From: a virus
Reading direction: 5' to 3' (one strand)
Virus record (IMG/VR): IMGVR_UViG_3300044800_000286
DNA length: 64,000 bases
Translations under genes and position numbers: made by a program
Notes under the pieces: generated by a model
Told to the model about the DNA's origin: nothing
What the model saw: only the letters and a program-made list of their open reading frames with translations
Database searches by the model: none
Part shown: piece after piece, positions 61,752-64,000 of the stretch
Numbering within the stretch: position 1 is the first letter of the stretch
How the letters are laid out: each line of letters opens with the position of its first letter

Positions 61752-64000
61752 TGTCTACCCCTCCCATCATTCCGTCAAGCGTGCTGATGTGGCCGATCAC
61801 GGCCAAGGGCGCGATCAATCGGCACAACCCGCTCGGCGATCCCACAATCGAGAAGTACTACCACAAAGCGCTGGAAGACGGACGCTGGCTGGAACGGAAC
61901 ATCGCGGAAGCCAACCACTGGCTGCTCCAGAAGCAGCAGCTTGTCCTAGCCAAGATCAAGACCTACACGGACATGAACAAGCTGGCCGTGGACGGGCAGC
62001 TTAAGCGCAATCCCCGCAAGTTCAAGTACATCGCCGACTCGCTCGCTTTCTTGCAGGAAGTCAACCAGTTCCAGAAAGATGTCGTTGCGCTGGTCCAAGC
62101 GACCACGCAGAACATCGCCCTGCTCGCGGCGATGGAGCAGAACCTCCTCAAGATGGTGCAGTCCGTTCTGAACTCGCTGGCGCTCCTGCTGAACCAAGTC
62201 TGCAACTGGAACCTGCCCAAGCTTCCGTCGCTCCCGAACTTGCTGCCGGACGGCATGTTCAACTGGAACGGCTTCAATTTCTCCTCCTTGGCGGCGTTCG
62301 CGGCGCTCAAGCCCAACCTGAATTTCAACGCAAACTTCTCGTTCAGCCAATGCAGTCTTGGGCTGCCCAACCTCGGCAACCCGGCGGCCAATCCCCCGGC
62401 GTCCATTACGGGCTACAGCGGCAACACTCTCGGCACGCAGCAAATCGTTCCGCCCCTCGATGGGACGGTCCCGCCCGCGGGACAGAGCTTGACCGATCCG
62501 CTGTATGTCGCCCAGATGCAATCGACAACCACCCCGGTCTACGGCCCGGCGTTCAATCCGAATTCCTCCATGATCGGCGCGGTGCCCGATCCCAGCACGA
62601 TCATCTCGGATTACCAGATGCCCGCGCAGACGTACCAAAGCAATATCGTGAGCATCGTCCCGTCGCTCACCGGCAACACCGTGGAGCCCGGCGACGCGGA
62701 TTACAGCAATCCCAATCTCTTGGTGCGGCAGCCGAACCTTCAGAAGGATTTGATCCACTACATCAATCTCGATTCCGTAGTTTCTTCCGGCTTTGATCCG
62801 TATGTCACGTCCGCATGGCTGTTCTACATCGACATCTGCCGCAACGGCCGCGCTGGCAATTGGCTGCCCCAATACCAGAACGCGTTCACGACGTACATCC
62901 AGCCGTCCATGGCGAGCTTGGCGGCCAACGCCGTGCCGTGGAACAACGTGCTCGGCGGAACCGGCGTGAGCGATACGCCGAAGGATATCCCGTTCACCGA
63001 CACGCTGAAAGCGATGCCGACCGCGCAGCAGCAGCTTACCCTGTGGAAGCTGTCCTACGTGGAGGCCGCCTTGCTCGGTTACACGAGGTCCAAGACGTGG
63101 GATGCCTATCAGGATGCCAATTACCTCAGCGGCACGACAGGCTCCGACCTCGACTACAAACCGACCAGCGTCAACTACGCCAGCACAACTACCGCCACGC
63201 TTGGAACGGGAACCGCTGAATATCCGACGCCTTGCACATACCCGACCGCCATCGCCGCCATCTTCAACGAGGTCGTGGCGCAGGCAACCTTGGACATCCG
63301 GAACGATGTGACGTACGAATCTCCGCGCCTCGGGAACCGTTTCGTGTACGATCAGTTCGCCCAAGCGACCCTCGTGGACCGCTTCACGCAGTTCTGGCGG
63401 GACTTCAACACCAACACGGTCTCCCTGCTGGCGCAAGACCCCTACCTCGTCCAATTCGCCGTCACCTATTTCGGGACGCTGAACGGGGCGCTGAATCCCC
63501 TCGGGGACCAGACCGCCTACACGGCGCTGAAAGCGGATGTGGCGATCCGCAACCGTGCTTGGACGCCCGGCACGCCGTTGCTCGCCATTCCTGTAGCCCC
63601 TGTTGTCACCTACGCGAACGACAGCGCGCCGGGAGCCGGGGCGAGCGGGTGGTCCGGCATCAATTTCGACCCGAACGCGTTCCTAGCCCGTCCGGATGTA
63701 CAAGGGCAGCCGATTCCCGTGCAGATGGCCATGCTGCGGACGAACATCAGCTACGCCGCGCTCATGCAATATCAGCAACAGGCAGTCAACGCGATCAATG
63801 ATCAGATCAATACCGCCAACAGCCTGTTGGCGCTGGCGCAGCAGCTTGGCTTCGCGGTCGAGTCGGTGTCCGTCGCCACGGTCGTGCCTGCGGGCTCTCC
63901 CGGCGTCCCCGTGGCTTTCGACCAAGCGGACTTCGACCTCACGGGCAATGTGACCAACCAGACCACCTTCACGATCCGGGCGACCGGGGAATACACCTAC
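61751..64000 (+). CDS. large structural protein, runs off the window edge
   Basis: Not in ORF track; MSTPPIIPSSVLMWPITAKG..., AAGGAG RBS, TAATG coupling; appears open to the window end. Confidence 0.8.
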   Translation, partial: MSTPPIIPSSVLMWPITAKGAINRHNPLGDPTIEKYYHKALEDGRWLERNIAEANHWLLQKQQLVLAKIKTYTDMNKLAVDGQLKRNPRKFKYIADSLAFLQEVNQFQKDVVALVQATTQNIALLAAMEQNLLKMVQSVLNSLALLLNQVCNWNLPKLPSLPNLLPDGMFNWNGFNFSSLAAFAALKPNLNFNANFSFSQCSLGLPNLGNPAANPPASITGYSGNTLGTQQIVPPLDGTVPPAGQSLTDPLYVAQMQSTTTPVYGPAFNPNSSMIGAVPDPSTIISDYQMPAQTYQSNIVSIVPSLTGNTVEPGDADYSNPNLLVRQPNLQKDLIHYINLDSVVSSGFDPYVTSAWLFYIDICRNGRAGNWLPQYQNAFTTYIQPSMASLAANAVPWNNVLGGTGVSDTPKDIPFTDTLKAMPTAQQQLTLWKLSYVEAALLGYTRSKTWDAYQDANYLSGTTGSDLDYKPTSVNYASTTTATLGTGTAEYPTPCTYPTAIAAIFNEVVAQATLDIRNDVTYESPRLGNRFVYDQFAQATLVDRFTQFWRDFNTNTVSLLAQDPYLVQFAVTYFGTLNGALNPLGDQTAYTALKADVAIRNRAWTPGTPLLAIPVAPVVTYANDSAPGAGASGWSGINFDPNAFLARPDVQGQPIPVQMAMLRTNISYAALMQYQQQAVNAINDQINTANSLLALAQQLGFAVESVSVATVVPAGSPGVPVAFDQADFDLTGNVTNQTTFTIRATGEYTY

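Overview
64-kb segment of a large tailed (probably myovirus-like 'jumbo') phage genome in the standard genetic code. The Csp sequence looks Acidobacteria-like, which is only a weak host hint. Region 1-45.0 kb is almost all on the minus strand. It holds DNA metabolism and recombination genes (DNA methyltransferase, SbcD/SbcC-like, RecA, RuvC-like, DEDDh exonuclease, SSB, HU, DinG-like helicase, class II RNR, initiator, helicase loader and primase-helicase), accessory and virion-surface genes, three inteins and several free-standing HNH/GIY-YIG endonucleases. Region 45.1-64 kb is mostly plus strand and encodes tail and baseplate morphogenesis (tape measure, lytic transglycosylase, hub and spike). 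The main finding is the 27.0-30.5 kb RNA operon. It has 14 tRNAs forming the complete set for GNN codons (Val x3, Ala x3, Gly x3, Glu x2, Asp) plus Phe and Cys, a phage-encoded RNase P RNA, and at least six non-canonical tRNA-like RNAs. These lie downstream of an unannotated 41-codon leader ORF (30211-30336) that contains a cognate codon for each of the 14 anticodons and overlaps an antiterminator/terminator pair. This looks like a ribosome-mediated attenuator that switches on a tRNA array when those same tRNAs are depleted.
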